Positions 29,078 through 44,400 are shown, counted from the stretch's first letter. The stretch: DNA of 64,000 nt from the human T2T-CHM13v2.0 reference genome, Homo sapiens (GCF_009914755.1 NC_060947.1); one strand, 5' to 3'. Numbers and translations are program-made. Notes: generated by a model from the sequence alone, not told the origin.

Positions 29078-32000
29078 GGAAACATTTTTTAAAGAGTAGG
29101 CTGACATACCAACTAAATAAATTTGCTCTAGAATAAATTTCTATAAAGCAACCTGATTTTCCCATTGAATCCATTTTAAAAATAGAAATGTGTTATTAGA
29201 TTATCTTGTCACATGATATTATAAAAAGTATATCAAAATAGTCATAGGAAGGAAACAGAAATTTAACAGAAATAGAACATTCTTAATAATCATCTATTAC
29301 CTCACCATCTCTTCATACCAAATATTTAATACTGTTATAATGTTGCTTGTGCAACAAATATTTAAAATAAACAAAACCTGAAAAACCTTCAGAAGAAAGA
29401 AGACTGACATAGCTTTGTAAATGTATGAATCATTCTGAAGGCATGTATGGAGTTAAATGGCCCAGCCACACTTCAGTTCCTCTACATACTGAAGAACTGG
29501 AGATACTGGCAAGAGACAGAAAATGTCTCTAAGATTTCTCTGAAGTATAGCACAAATGTTGTGTCACATCCATAAAGGTAGCAGCAGTGTTGGCAGATGT
29601 GAGAGTAAGCATTCAGTTTTTCTAGAAATCTAATTATTTTAAGTATTCCGATCTCCCTGGGTCACTGTTTGCTCTGCCCCATCCTTTCCCTTTCCTTATA
29701 GTATTCACTCTTAGACTCTGTTCCTACTCTACTAATAAGCCTCTGGGTTATTCTGAATACTCTGCCAGAACTGCTGCAACCAGCATAAGCAGCAAAATGG
29801 AAGGTGCAAATCCTGCAAGTAGCTCCAGATGTGCAGTTCCACAGAGGGAATTCATGGCTTAAATTGATTTAATTAAATTTTAAAATTCAAAATTGGATAA
29901 TTTTCAGCTAAAGTAAAGCTTTGGCTGATGTTCATTTTGTTGAATAATCTTAATACTGACCAAAATGACTTCTTAATGACTCAGATAGTAGATAAAGTTC
30001 TGATCCAAATGATGTATAAAAAATGTTAACACTGGAAAATTAGCTGATGATAATGTTAGTCAGATATATCAGGGAAAATCAGTGAATTATTGAACTCATA
30101 TTGGAAATTTCTTAGGGATCATGGTGAAGTTAACATTTGTTTTCTTAACGGCTATTATGCAGCTTTTGGCTATAAAATACATGTACATTTTGATGATAAA
30201 CTAAGCATATATAAAACACGCTATTCATTTGTGAGTTCATTCTCAATGTTGATGAGGGGACAAAAACATAATCTATATGACTTCCTTTGTAACCTACAAT
30301 ACCTTGGAGGATAGGAATGAATTTTATCATTACAATAATAAAAACAGCCCATTGTTTTATTGTTACACATAAAAATAATAGTTTGATTTGTACAGCTTAG
30401 TTATGCTCTCTCTGGTTTTCACCTGTTCCCTAGTTTCCAACAACAAGCAGAATCATTTTCCACCTAACTCACTATATTATCTTTCACAGTTTCCTTGGTG
30501 GACTCTTTTACATCTACACTCCTTGCCTAAATCTTGGTCTTCCAAAATCTCCTTTGTTAACACCTTCCTCTTCTTTCTCTATACTCACTCCTGCTGTGAA
30601 TATCATCTGCTCCCTGGCTCCAACTAGCCATATGCTAACATCTCTCTCTAATCACCTTATTTTCTGTAGCAAATGCATTTGGCACTTAAGTCAGAAAATC
30701 CGATTTCTAATTTTTATTACAGGTGAAAAGGCATATACCATGTGTTTCATAAATATTTGTTGAATGAACAAATGAATAACTGAATGCAATCTATGCTATA
30801 TAATGATGAGCTATTATCATAGGCTCCTCAGCTGGGATCTCTAAATCATGTTCTATAAAAATGTAGGAAAGCCCACAGATTGAAAATTTATCAAAATTTG
30901 TTACTATTTTTCTAAAAGGCTCCAGGTTCTGAATGTAAATATTCTCATTCAAAATAGCTTTTCTCTGCCATTAGTATGCAGAGGGAGTATGCAGGCATTA
31001 GTATATATGATTGCAACATGTGCATCACACAGAAAGCCCAAACTTCCTCTAGCTCTGGAACACACAAACATCATTTACTACTTAGGTGAATGGGACAGTC
31101 AATCTACCTAGCTGCCTCATTTTAAAATACAATCAAAGAAAGCAGGAGCTGAAACTAGCATAGAGTTTTGAGGTTTAAGTAGAGTGGAAGAGACAAATGC
31201 ACACCATTGCACCATTCTGAGCATGCTTGCTGGCATCTTCCTTATTGTGGCTCATCTCTTAATAAATTTTTATACTTCATTTTCTCAACACTAGGAAATA
31301 TATACAAATATCCTGAAGATTGCTGAGAACAGAAATTAAGAATGACTAAGTATTCATTTTAGAAGGATGAGGGCTAAGGTTTTTATACTCTTAAAATGTA
31401 TCCTTGGCTGTCGGCTACCACTTACAGATGAGTAAAATATATGCCACAGTGAGTTGGGAAATACGTTTCTTCTCTTATGCTAATGATATGTTTTTAATAT
31501 CTGCAACCAGGAACAATGAAAAGAAGAAACTAAGAGAGAAACGGCATGTGTATTTAACTACCAGAAAGGACTCTTTACAAACTGGATCAAAATGAAAACT
31601 ACCCTCCCTAGAAGAAGAACTCCATTTTGAAACTGATTTGGTATCCTGGGATTTTATGTTACTGCTGAGTTGTACTGGCCAGAATACCAGGAGGCTATGG
31701 CGATCACAACCACACTTCCTACTGGATTTCCCTACAGTTGAAGTGAACAGCTGGTGAGGCCCATCTTGAAACATTTCCTAACCCAAAATATTCATTTAGA
31801 AGGGATCCAGCGCCTGGTAGATACTCAATAAACAGTAACTATTGTTACTAATTTTTCCATATTTAGAAATTCCCGAGCTAAATAAATTTCTTGGTATTGT
31901 CATAGATATCTAGAGTAGGCAGATTTCATCTGAAAAATAACACTCAGAATTAGAGGCCTTGCAGAGATAAAGCTATAAGAGAAATTATCACAGTTATGGG

Positions 32001-32661
32001 AAATAGCACAGACATCTAACCATAATAGGAGATTGATTACTTTTGATAGTTGAGCCACACAATGATACTATGCAGACATAAAAATAATTATATAACACGA
32101 TAATGACATGGAAAAACAATCATAATTTACTATTAACTGAAAAAAAAAAAATAGGTAATACATCTTTGTGGAGTTAAATGGCCAGCCCAGAGTTATAAAA
32201 CTACTTCGAAAAAGCACCAGGAAATAACCAAGATTCATCCATACCCAAACCGTGTTCACACTATTGTGTCACATTAAAACCCCAAAATTCAAGTTTGGAG
32301 TCCCCAAACAAGCTATAATATCCACTGCCTTGAATTAAGTGAAGACTTAGTATAAATTTCCAGGCAGATATTTTTGAAGGCTTTATAAAAACAAAGGAAT
32401 GCTGAAAGTATGTTTTTGGCATCTTAAAAGAATCCTGCCTGAACAGTATGTCTCAAGGCCTAGAGACTTCCTAATATTTGAAAAATTAAAGACTTCCTTT
32501 TTTTCCAGAAATACACTGAATGATACCTTCAGAGCAAGGTATATGTACTGTGGGATTATGTGCAGGGCACTTAATCATAAGGGGCCAAAATTATAGTCTA
32601 TAAAGGGTAAGATTTGGAGCAGATATTCTATAAAATCTTCTAGCTTCCTGGGTTAGGATTT

Positions 32662-32738
32662 AAAAATACAGCCCTTACACCTATGTACCCATAAAAATTA
32701 AATTATTAAAAAATAAAAATAATAAATAAAAACATAGC
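32662..32738 (+). mobile_element. Tiny L1MA/L1PB 3' tail insertion
   Basis: acacctatgtacccataaaaatta plus A-rich tail, flanked by aaaaatacagc / aaaaacatagc. Confidence 0.55.
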
Positions 32739-32811
32739 TTTCTGAGTAAAGATGGAGAAACACAGGCTTTATATTTAGACAGACTTGGTTTTTAATTCTA
32801 ACCAGAGCCCC

Positions 32812-33178
32812 TGTATTAGTCCATTTTCATGCTGTTGATAAAGACATACCCGAGACTGGGCAACTTACAAAAGAAAGAGGTTTAATAGGACTCACAGTTC
32901 CACGTGGCTGGGGAGGCCTCACAATCATGGAGGAAGGCAAGCAGGAGCAAGTCACATCTTATGTGGACGACAGCAGGCAAACAGAGAGCTTGTGCAGAGA
33001 AACTCCTGTTTTCGAAACCATCAGATCTCGTGAGACCCATTCAGTATCACCAGAACAGCACGGGAAAGACCCGCCCCCATGATTCAATCATCCCCCACCG
33101 GGTTCCTCCCACAACACTTGGGAATTATGGGAGCTACAAGATGAGACTTGGGTGGAGACACACAGCCAAACCATATCA
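32812..33178 (-). mobile_element. THE1A/B solo LTR inserted in a MIR
   Basis: tgtattagtccattttcatgctg...cacagccaaaccatatca; TSD gcccc/gcctc. Confidence 0.9.
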
Positions 33179-33809
33179 GCCTCCATTACCTTATACAGCA
33201 CCTCTGTGTGAATTAATAAGCTCTCCCCTCAAGGTAGACACAACTCTGTAGGCACATGTAGACAGCCTTTGGGAGAACAAAGTCCCCCTTCCTTGGGAAA
33301 AGACAGTCCCAAGCAAGGGCTCCAGGTTTAGTTAGCAGATCATACGCTGGATTCTAGCTCCCATTACCTCCCTCGGTATGCATCCTTGTGCACTGTGCAA
33401 CCACAAGCCTCCTTTGAAATGGAGGCTCCAGGCCCAGTGCAGGCCCACAGTTACTAAAGCTCGAAGTCAAACTATCAAGAGGAAAAGATAATAGAGCTGG
33501 ACTGAAATTTAGTAGTCACTACTCCGTTGATGCCTTCTCATGATGTTATAGCTGTTAAGTGCTAATGGATGCCTGCTACTTGAGAACCCTGGGAGAAATA
33601 TTATTAATGATTACAGAAATAGAGTGTATGCTTTCCTCAATTTGATACTTAAAACACAAATTCCTCTCATGGAATGAAATTGGGAACCCTTGCACCCTTT
33701 GAAATAAATGGTTGTTATTGCTCTCATATATTGCATGCCTACTGTGTGTCTGGTAATTTACACATATCTTGCAAGAGATATGGAGCATTCTGGTCAGGAC
33801 CCTTTTCTT

Positions 33810-33940
33810 CCAGTCTTGGCTCAGTGTGTGACCCTGGACAAGTCATTGCCCCTCTCTGGGCCTCATTTACTCCTCTAAATCATTCAGGCATGGGCTAGAT
33901 CATCTCTAAAGGTCTTTTCAGCTCTGAGTTATATGACTCT
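33810..33940 (+). mobile_element. MIR (MIR3/MIRc-like)
   Basis: gtgtgaccctggacaagtcattgcccctctctgggcctca...ggctagatcatctctaaaggtc. Confidence 0.7.
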
Positions 33941-34259
33941 ATAGCTCTATTTTCTTGTAGAAAGTAAGTCAGATCTCTGAATCAGGTGGAGAGTAGGAGG
34001 GAAGCAGAAATAGTTTCAGTAACAATGGAGATGGCTGGCATTTTGACACTCCCTGAACATGACTATATTTCCTTAAAGACAATCAATAAGGGAAAGTTTG
34101 GGAAAGTATTTCAAGTAGCTATAAATGTCAGTTGTATAATCTTATGTAATATAACTTACATTACCAGTGACCTCCAGAAACATCATCGTAACGCAGCCTT
34201 CTCCCAAATATCACCAGAAAATAAATACATTTCTGTTTCATCTGTATAACGTCTGTGCT

Positions 34260-34925
34260 AGATAGTTGAAAAAGTCCCCTTTTGCACTGGTTTGCATTCC
34301 CATCAGCAATAAGGAGGAGTAATTCCCCACAGCCTTGCCAAAAGAATATGTTGTCATATTTTTAAATTTTCACCAGTTTCATAGGAAGAAAACAGCATCT
34401 TGCTATTGTTTTAATGTGCATTTCTCTAATTATAAGTGAGCTTAGGCATTTTTCCTATATTTATGGGACATCTTTACATATACACATATATATACGTGTG
34501 TGTGTGTGTTTGTGTGTAAGTGTGTGGGTGAATTTCCTGTTCATGTCTTTTTTTCCCTTTTCTATCAGGTTTTTAGTCATTTAGCCGTCGATTTAGGAGT
34601 TCTTTATATTTGGGGGATATTAGTCTTTTGTGATATGGTGCAAACATTTTCTTCCTGTTTATCAGTTGTCTTTCAATTTTGTTTATCGTGTTTTATAGTG
34701 CAATTGTTTTAGTTTCATGTAGTCTAATTTATCAATATTTTATGTATTTAGTTATTTTTGCATATGGAATTTCATGTAAATTGAAAAGTTGTAGTTGGAA
34801 AGCCTTAAACAACAAACCTTAAGAGGAAATCACCCATATTTTCTTCTAGCATTTCTGTGGTTTCATTTTTACACTTATTTAGCTGTTCCTTTTGGAGTTC
34901 ATTATTTTATATAGCATGAGATATA
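34260..34925 (-). mobile_element. Ancient L1M(C/E) ORF2 fragment
   Basis: tttgcattcccatcagcaat...ttttaatgtgcatttctctaattataagtgag antisense L1 motifs. Confidence 0.65.
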
Positions 34926-35830
34926 GGGATAATTAAATGATGATAATAATAGAGCCCAATCCATATAATAAAATAAATACCTTGGAGTATATACTAATAA
35001 AAATAAATAATTGAATAAATAAATAAATGGAGAAGAAGGGCAGATCTTTTTACAGTAGAATTCAAATTAATAAATGTAGAATGAATGATATAGATAGAAC
35101 ATTGCTATTGGGCAAACACCACAAAAGTGATTATTGTAGTTAAGAAATGTTGATGAGTGCTAAAATTAGTGAGCAAAACATATGATGAATAAACAGGTAT
35201 TCATGGTATTTACATAATCTCAAAGTATTTCCTAATAAAATACTAATTAATACTAAGGGAAAACTGTATCATCCTTATAATGGAATGACCTGGTGACACC
35301 ACATTTCCTAAGTGATCAAGGTTAACATCACCAGTAAGGAGACATAGAGAAATTATGTACCTCTTGATATCATGCACTGGGAAAGACACACTTCTGTGTT
35401 ATCCCCACCAAAAATTCCTAATCTGAATTTAACCATGAGGAAACTTCAGAAAAACTCACATTGAGAAACATACTGAAAAATATCCTACCAGTATACCTCA
35501 AAAATGTCAAGGTCATGAAAGACAAGAAAAGACAGAACTGTCACAGACTAGAAGAGACTAAGGAGAATGGCAACTAATTGAAACATGAGATACTGGATGA
35601 GATCCTTGACCAGGGAAGGAACATTAGTGGAATAACTGGTGAAATCTAAATAAAATCTGTAGTGCAGTAGTGCAGTATTGTATCAATGAGTGTCTCCTAG
35701 TTTCAATAATTATACTATGGGAATAGAAGAAGTTAAAATGAGGGGAAACTAAGTATGCAGAAAATCTGTACTGATGTTGCCATTTTTCAGTAAGTCTAAA
35801 ATTATTTCAAAATAAAAAGTTAAAAATGTC
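34925..35830 (+). mobile_element. L1MC-type 3'UTR
   Basis: aaataaataaatggagaagaaggg...gtgatcaaggttaacatcaccagtaa...gtaagtctaaaattatttcaaaataaaaagtt. Confidence 0.75.
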
Positions 35831-36466
35831 CCTTTTTGCAATCCAACCTATTTCATCCAAAGTGAACAGTGTAAGAACTAAAGCAGCTTTCATCATCAAT
35901 GCTTAATGAAAACGTATCTCTAAGACAATAGAGTACTCAAACCTAAACTCTAGCTATTGGTTAACTATCATAGCTGAATACCATCCCTTCTAAAAACTCT
36001 TCCCTCATTACACCCAGTTGGCATAGTGATCATCAAAATAACAGATACATAGGAAACAGACAAACGAAATTCTCGCTGCTTTCTGCACATGATAGCTATA
36101 TGATCTTAAGTGCCTTAATCTCTTAGAGATGTACTTTCCATATCTGTGAAATTGAGATAATCCCCACCTTCCCATGAAGCATAATAAAAATTAAGTGACA
36201 CACTGTGTTGTCCTAAAGATTAAATGAGTTAAGGTGTAAAAGTGCCTCTTACAGTGTCAAAAACCTAGTAGACACCAAGTAGTAACTACTCTTTCCATCA
36301 ATTTTATTATCATGCTAATTGATCCAACCTTTCCTCTTGGGATCTATGCTTTTAAAATTACTGGAACAATTTCTGGTCATTAGAGATATATATTTTACCT
36401 CCTGTATGGTACTAGAGACTACTGGATCCTTGAAATAGAAAGCCTCCAGTTTTGCTGTTGTCATTT

Positions 36467-36830
36467 TGTTTTAGTCTGATCAGACTGCTATAACAAAACA
36501 CCATATTCTGAGTGGCTTAACAGAGACATTTATTTCTCATAGTCTGGAGCCTGAAAGTCCAAGCTCAAGGTACCAGCATAGTCAGGTTCTGGTGAGGGCT
36601 CCCTTCCTGGTTGCAGATAACCACCTACTTGCTGTATCCTCTGACAACAGAGAGAGGAAGCTCTGGTCTCTCTTCCTCTTCTTATGAGGGCACTAATCAC
36701 ATCACAGGTGCCCCAACCTTATGAACTCATCTATACCTAAGTGTCTCTTAAAAGCCTTACCTCCGAAAATCATCATGTTGGGGGTTAGGGCTTCAATATG
36801 AATTTTGTGGGCAAACATCTAGTCCATAAT
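36467..36830 (-). mobile_element. MLT1A-type solo LTR
   Basis: ttagtctgatcagactgctataacaaaacaccata...ggggttagggcttcaatatgaattttg. Confidence 0.8.
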
Positions 36831-37664
36831 TTTGTTGATAGTCATTTTACTTGGTAGACTTAATTTCAAATTTAAAAATAAATACATTTTAAACAAATAA
36901 TTCCCCTACTATAAAAGTTGACTAATTATTATTTCAGGATATAATCCCTTATATTTTCCTATACATATAGGTTACAGATATTATAAATTATACTGAACAT
37001 ATAGTGTGTGTTTTCATTTAGCATTTGCATCAATATTCATACAGGCTTAGAAAACACCCCAAATTCATGATTTTTAACCATGCTTTATATTTAATCAGAG
37101 TATGTATTATAGTACTAATTAATCCTCTATCATTTGATATTTTATGGTTTGCTTCACCCAATATCATTCTTATAAACAATGTTACGTGTTGAAAAGCATG
37201 TAAACAAGCATCTACACTTTTGAGAGCATTTATCTATGCCAATAAATATTCTTTCATAATATTCTTTTTAACAACTGCATTCAGAGAGGGGTGTAGCTAC
37301 AAGGCCAAACAGAAGGCTCCACTGCTTGTCCCACCCCAACTCAAGGACACCAATTCAACAACTATGTAACCAAAAAAAAAAAAAAAGCATCTTCAGTCAG
37401 GTAAACACTCACAGTACCTCGTGTTAACATTGTATCACTGAAAGAGGCAATGAAGAGGGCAGGAAAGACAGTCTTAAATTGCCAGCATTACCCCTCCCCC
37501 ATCCCCTAGCAATGGTCACATGGCATGGAGAGAGAATCTGTGCACTTGGGAGAGGAAGAGTACAGCAATTGTGAAACATTGCATTGACCTCAGTGCTGCC
37601 CTGTCTCAGCAGAAAGTAAAACTGGGATAATTTCAGCTGATGCCCACCTGTGGATTGAGTACTT

Positions 37665-38301
37665 ATTTTATTTATTTTTTAATTTTGATTTTTATTTATT
37701 TTTTAATTTTTATTTTACGTTTAGGAGTACATGTGAAGGTTTGTTACATAAGTAAACACGTGTCACAGGGGTTTGTTGTAGGTATTATTTCATCACCCAG
37801 GTACTAAACCCAGTATCCAATAGTTATATTTTCTGCTCCTTTCTCTCTTCCCAACAGCCCTCCCCCAACTAGTGTCTGTTGTTTGTTCTTTGTATTCATA
37901 TCTTCTTACCATTTAGTTCCCACAAACAAATGAGAACATACAGTGTTTGGTTTTCTGTTCCTGCTTTAGTTTGCTAAGTATGATAGCCTCCAGCTCCATC
38001 CATGTTCCCACAAAAGACATGATCGCATTTTTTATGGCTGCATAGTAGTCCATGGTGTATATCTACCACATTTTCTTTATCCAATCTGTCATTGATGGGC
38101 ATGTAGGTTAATTCCATGTCTTTGGTATTGTGAATAGTGCTGCAATGAACATCTGTGTGCATGTGTCTTTATGGTAAAATGCTTTATATTCCTCTGCATA
38201 TGCACCCAGTAATGGGATTGCTGGGTCGAATGGTAGTTCTGCTTTTAGCTTTTTGAGAAATCACCATACTGCTTTCCACAATGGATGAACTAATTTACAC
38301 T
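37665..38301 (-). mobile_element. 5'-truncated L1PA12/13-like
   Basis: T-rich head then gtacatgtgaaggtttgttacataagtaaacacgtgtcacagggg; degenerate TSD tggattgagtactt (37651-37664)/tggagggagtattt (38302-38315). Confidence 0.85.
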
Positions 38302-38436
38302 TGGAGGGAGTATTTAAACCACCCCTAGTTAGAGGGGAATCGCCCATCCCAGCAGTTGGAACATCAGTTCTGGCAAGCCTCACCAGGGTAAGCTAAAGTG
38401 TACAGGTACCCCAAATAAACTTGAAAAGCAGTCTGG

Positions 38437-41400
38437 AGAGGGTCTGGCAAGATGGCCAAATAGGAAGAGCTCTGGTCTGCTGCTCCCAGTGAGATACCCA
38501 CAGAAGGCAGGTAATTTCTGCATTTCCAATTGAGGAACCTGGCTCATCTCACTGGGACTGGTTGGACAGTGGGCGCAACCCACAGAGGGCAAGCCGATGC
38601 AGGGCACGGCATCACCTCACCCGGGAAGTGCAAGCAGTTGGGGGATTTCCCTTTCCTACCCAAGGGAAGCCGTGAGAGACTTCCAGGAGGAACGGTACAC
38701 TCCTGCCCAGATACTGCGCTTTTCCCACGGTCTTTGCAACCAGCAGACCAGGAGATTCCCTCCAGTGCCTGGCTCGGCATGTCCCACTCCCACGGAGCCC
38801 AGCAAGCCAAGATCCATTGGTGTGAAATCCTCGCTGCTAGCGCAGCAGTCTGAAATCGACCTGGGGTGCTCAAGCTTGGTGGGGGGAGGGGCGTCCACCA
38901 TTGCTTAGGCTTGAGTAGGCAGTTTTATGCTCACAGTGTAAACAAAGCTGCTGGGAAGTTCAAACTGGGTGGAGCCCACCACAGCTCAGCAAGGCCGACT
39001 GCCTCTCTAGATTCTACCTCTAGATGTTCAGGGCATCTCTGAACAAAAGGCAGCAGCCCCAGTCAGGGACTTATAGATAAAACCCCCATCTCCCTGGGAC
39101 AGAGCACCTGGGGGAAGGGGCCGCTGTGGGCACAGCTTCAGCAGACTTAAACATCCCTGCCTGACAGCTCTGAAGAGAGCAGTGGTTCTCCCAGCACAGC
39201 GTTCGAGCTCTGATAACAGACAGACTGCCTCCTCAAGTGGGTCCCTGACCCACATGTAGCCTGACTGGGATACACCTCCCAGTAGGGGCCAACAGAAACC
39301 TAATACAGAAGAGCTTTGGCTGGCATCTGGCGGGTGCCTCTCTGGGACAAAACTTCCAGAGGAAGTATCAGGCAGCAATAGTTGCTGTTCTGCAGCCTCT
39401 GCTGGTGATACCCAGGCAAACAGGGTTGGGAGTGGACCTCCAGCAAACTGCAATAGACCTGCAGCTGAGGAGCCTGACTGTTAGAAGGAAAACTAACAAA
39501 CAGAAAGGAATAGCTTCAAATCAACAAAAAGGACATCCACACCAAAACCCCATCTTGTAGGATACCAACATCAAACACCAAAGGTAGATGAAACCACAAA
39601 GATGGGGAGGAACCAGCGCAGAAAGGCTGAAAATTCCCAAAACAAGACCGCCTCTTCTCCTACAAAGGATCACAACCCTTCGCCAGCAAGGGAACAAAAC
39701 TGGACGGAGAATGATTTTGATGAACTGAGAGAAGTACGCTTCAGAAGGTGGGTAATATCAAACTCCTCTGAGCTAAATAAGCATCTTCTAACCCAACGCA
39801 AGGAAGCTAAGAACCTTGAAAAAAGGTTAGACAAAATGCTAATGAGAATAACCAGTATAGAGAAGAACATAAAAGAACTGATGAAGCTGAAAAACGCAGC
39901 ACGAGAACTTCGAGAACCATACACAAGTTTCAATGGTCAAATCGATCAAGTGGAAGAAAGGGTATCAGTGATTGAAGATCAAATGAATGAAATAAAGCGA
40001 GAAGACAAGACTAGAGAAAAAAGAGTAAAAAGAAATAAACAAAGCCTCCAGGAAATATGGGACTATGTGAAAAGACCAAATATATGTTTGATTGGTATAC
40101 CTGAAAGTGACAAGGAGAATGGAACCAAATTGGAAAACACTCTTCAGGATATTATCCAAGAGAACTTCCCCAACCTAGCAAGGCAGGCCAACATTCAAAT
40201 TCAGGAAACACAGAGAATACCACAAAGATATTCCTCGAGAAGAGCAACCCAAAGACACATAACCATCAGATTCACCAAAGTTGAAATGAAGGAAAAAATG
40301 TTAAGGGCAGCCAGAGAGAAAGGTCGGGTTACCCACAAAGGGAAGCCCATCGGACTAACAGCAGACCTCTCTGCAGAAACCCTACAAGCCAGAAGAGGGG
40401 TGGCCAATATTCAACATTCTTAAAGAAAAGAATTTTCAACCCAGAATTTAGTATCCAGCCAAACTAAGCTTCATAAGTGAAGAAGAAATAAAATCATTTA
40501 CAGACAAGCAAATGCTGAGAGATTTTGTCACCACCAGGCCTGCCTTACAAGAGCTCCTGAAGGAAGCACTAAATATGGAAAGGAACGACCAGTACCAGCC
40601 ACTGCAAAAACATGCCAAATTGTGAAGACCATCGACGCTATGAAGAAACTGCATCAACTAACAGGAAAAATAACCAGTTAGCATCATAATGACAGGATCA
40701 AATTCACACATAACAATATTAACTTGAAATGTCCCAATTAAAATGCCCCAATTAAAAGACACAGAAGGCAAACTGGATAAAGAGTCAAGATCAGTTGGTG
40801 TGCTGTATTCAGTAGACTCATCTCACGTGCAAAGACACACATAGGCTCAAAATAAAGGCATGGAGGATGATTTACCAAGCAAATGGAAAGAAAAAAAAAA
40901 AGCAGGGGTTGCAATTCTGGTCTCTGATAAAACAGACTTTAAGCCAACAAAGGTCAAAAGAAACAAAGAAAGGCATTACCTAATGGTAAAGGAATCAATG
41001 CAATAAGAAGAGATAACTATCCTAAATATATATGCACCCAATACAGGAACACCCAGATTCATAAGGCAAATCCTTAGAGACCTACAAAGAGACTTAGACT
41101 CCCACACAATAATAATGGGAGACTTTAACACCCCACTGTCAACATTAGACAGATCAACGAGACAGAAAATTAACAAGGATATCCAGGACTTGAACTCAGT
41201 TCTGGACCAAGCAGATCTAATAGAAATCTACAGAACTCTCCACCCCAAATCAACAGAATATACAATCTTCTCAGCACCACATTGCACTTATTCCAAAATT
41301 GATCACATAGTTGGAAGTAAAGCATTCCTCAGCAAATGTAAAAGAAGAGACATCACAACAAACTGTTTCTCAGACCACAGTGCAATCAAATTAGAACTCA

Positions 41401-44400
41401 GGATTAAGAAACAGGCTAAAAACTGCACAACTACATGGAAACTGAACAACCTGCTCCTGAATGACTACTGGGTAAATAACAAAATGAAGACAGAAGTAAA
41501 GATGTTCTTTGAAACCAATGAGAACAAAGACAAAATGTATCAGAATCTCTGGGACACATTTAAAGCAATGTGTAGAGGGAAATTTATAGCACTAAATGTC
41601 CACAAGAAAAAGCAGGAAAGATCTAAAATTGATACTCTCACATCACAATTAAAAGAACTAGAGAAAGAAGAGCAAACACATTCAAAAGCTAGCAGCAGAT
41701 AATAAATACCTAAGATCAGAGCAGAACTGAAGGAGATAGAGACACGAAAAACCCTTCAAAAAATCAATGAATCCAGGAGCTGGTTTTTGGAAAAGATCAA
41801 CAAAATAAATGGACCACTAGCTATACAAATAAAGAAGAAAAGAGAGAAGAATCAAGTAGACGCAATAAAAAATGATAAAGGGGATATCATCACCAATCCC
41901 ACAGAAATACAAACTACCATCAGATAATAATATAAACACCTCTACACAAATAAACTAGAAAAACTAGAAGAAATGGATAAATTCCTGGACACATACACCC
42001 TCCCAAGACTAAATCAGGAAGAAGTCAAATCTCTGAATAGACCAATAATAGGTTTTGAAATTGAGGCAGTAATTAATAGCCTACCAACCAAAAAAAGTCC
42101 AGGACCAGACACATTCACAACCGAATTCCACCAGAGGTAGAAAGAGGAGCTGGTACCATTCCTTCTGAAACTATTCCAATCAATAGAAAAAGAGGGAATC
42201 TTCCCTAACTCATTTTATGAGGCCAGCATGATCCTGATAACAAAACCTGGCAGAGACACAACAAAAAAAGAAAATTGTAGGCCAATATCCACGATGAACA
42301 TCGATGCAAAATTCTCAATAAAATACCGGCAAACTGAATCCAGCAGCACATCAAAAAGCTTATCCACCACGATCAAGTAGGCTTCATTCCTGGGATGCAA
42401 GGCTGGTTCAACATACACAAATCAATAAACATAATCTATCACATAAACAGAACCAACAACAAAAACCACATGATTATCTCAATAGATGCATAAAAGGCCT
42501 TCTATAAAATTCAACAGCCCTTCATGCTAAAAACTCTCAATAAACTAGTTATTTTTGGAATGTATCTCAAAATAATAAGACCTATTTATGACAAACCCAC
42601 AGCCAATATCATATGGAATGGGTAAAAACTGGAAGCATTTCCTTTGAAAACCAGCACAAGACAAGGATGCCCTCTGTCACCACTCCTATTCAACATAGTA
42701 TTGTAAGTTCTGGTCAGAGCAATAAGGCAAGAGAAAGAGATAAAGGGTATTCAAACAGGAAAAGAGGAAATCAAATTGTTTCTGTTTGCAGATGGTATGA
42801 TTGTATATTTAGATAACCTCATCATTTCAGCCCCAAATATCCTTAATCTGATAAGCAACTTCAGCAAAGTCTCAGGATACAAAATCAATGTGCAAAAATC
42901 ACAAGCATTCCTATACACCAATAACAGACAAACAGAGAGCAAAATCACCAGTGAATTCCAATGCACAATTGCTACAAAGAGAATAAAATACCTAGGAATC
43001 CAACTTACAAGGGATGTGAAGGACCTCTTCAAGGAGAACTACAAACCACTGCTCAAGGAAATAAGAGGGCACAAATAAATGGAACAACATTCCATGCTCA
43101 TGGATAGGAAGAATCAATATTGTAAAAATGGCCATACTGCCCAAGGTAATTTACAGATTCAATGCCATCACCATCAAGCTACCAATGACTTTCTTCACAG
43201 AATTGGAAAAAAACAACTTTAAATTTCATATGGAACCAAAAAGAGCCCACATAGCCAAGACAATCCTAAGCCAAAAGAACAAAGCTGGAGGCATCACACT
43301 ACCTGACTTCAAACTATACTACAAGGCTACAGCAACCAAAACAGCATGGTACTGGTACCAAAACAGAGATATAGATCAATGGAACAGAACAGAGCCCTCA
43401 GAAATAACATCACAAATCTACAACCATCTGATCTTTGACAAATCTGATAAAAACAAGCAATGGGGAAAGGATTCCCTGTTTAATAAATGGTGCTGGGAAA
43501 ACTGGCTAGCCATATGCAGAAAGCTGAAACTGTTTCCCTTCCTTACACCTTATACAAAAATTAACACCAGATGGATTAAAGACTTAACTGTAAGACCTAA
43601 AAACCATAAAAACCCTAGAAGAAAACCTAGGCAATACCATTCAGGACTTAGGGATGTGCAAAGACTTCATGACTAAAACACCAAAAACAATGGCAAGAAA
43701 AGCCAAAATTGACAAGTGGGATCTAATTAAACTAAAGAGCTTTTGCATAGCAAAAGAAACTATCATCGGACTGAAAAGGCAACCTACAGAATAGGAGAAA
43801 ATTTTTGCAATCTGTCCATCTGACAAAGGGCTAATATCCAGAATCTACAAAGAACTTAAACAAATTTACAAGAAAAAAACAAACAACCCCTTGAAAAAAA
43901 AATGAGTGAAGGATATGAACAGACTCTTCTCAAAAGAAGACATTTATGTAGCCAACAAAGTTAGGAAAAAATTCTCATCATCACTGGTCATTGGAAAATA
44001 CAAATCAAATCCACAATGAGATACCATCTCACACCAGTTAGAATGGTGATCATCAAAAAGTCAGGAAACAACAGATGCTGGAGAGGATGTGGAGAAATAG
44101 GAATGCTTTTACACTGTTGGTAGGAGTGTAAATTAGTTCAACCATTGTGGAAGACAGTGTGGCAATTCCTCAAGGATCTAGAACTAGAAATATCATTTGA
44201 CCCAGCAACCCCATTACTGAGTATATACCCAAAGGATTATAAATCATTCTACTGTAAAGACACATGCACACATATGTTTATTGCAGCACTGTTCACAATA
44301 GCAAAGTCTTGGAACCAACCCAAATGCCCATCAATGATAGACTGGATAAAGAAAATGTGGCACAAATGCACCAAGGAATACTATGCAGCCATAAAAAAAG

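Noticed and set aside
29100-32600. Long AT-rich, mostly unique stretch with homeodomain-like motifs
   Set aside because: May hold conserved non-coding elements, but TAAT-type motifs are expected by chance at this AT content and I could not define an exon or element.
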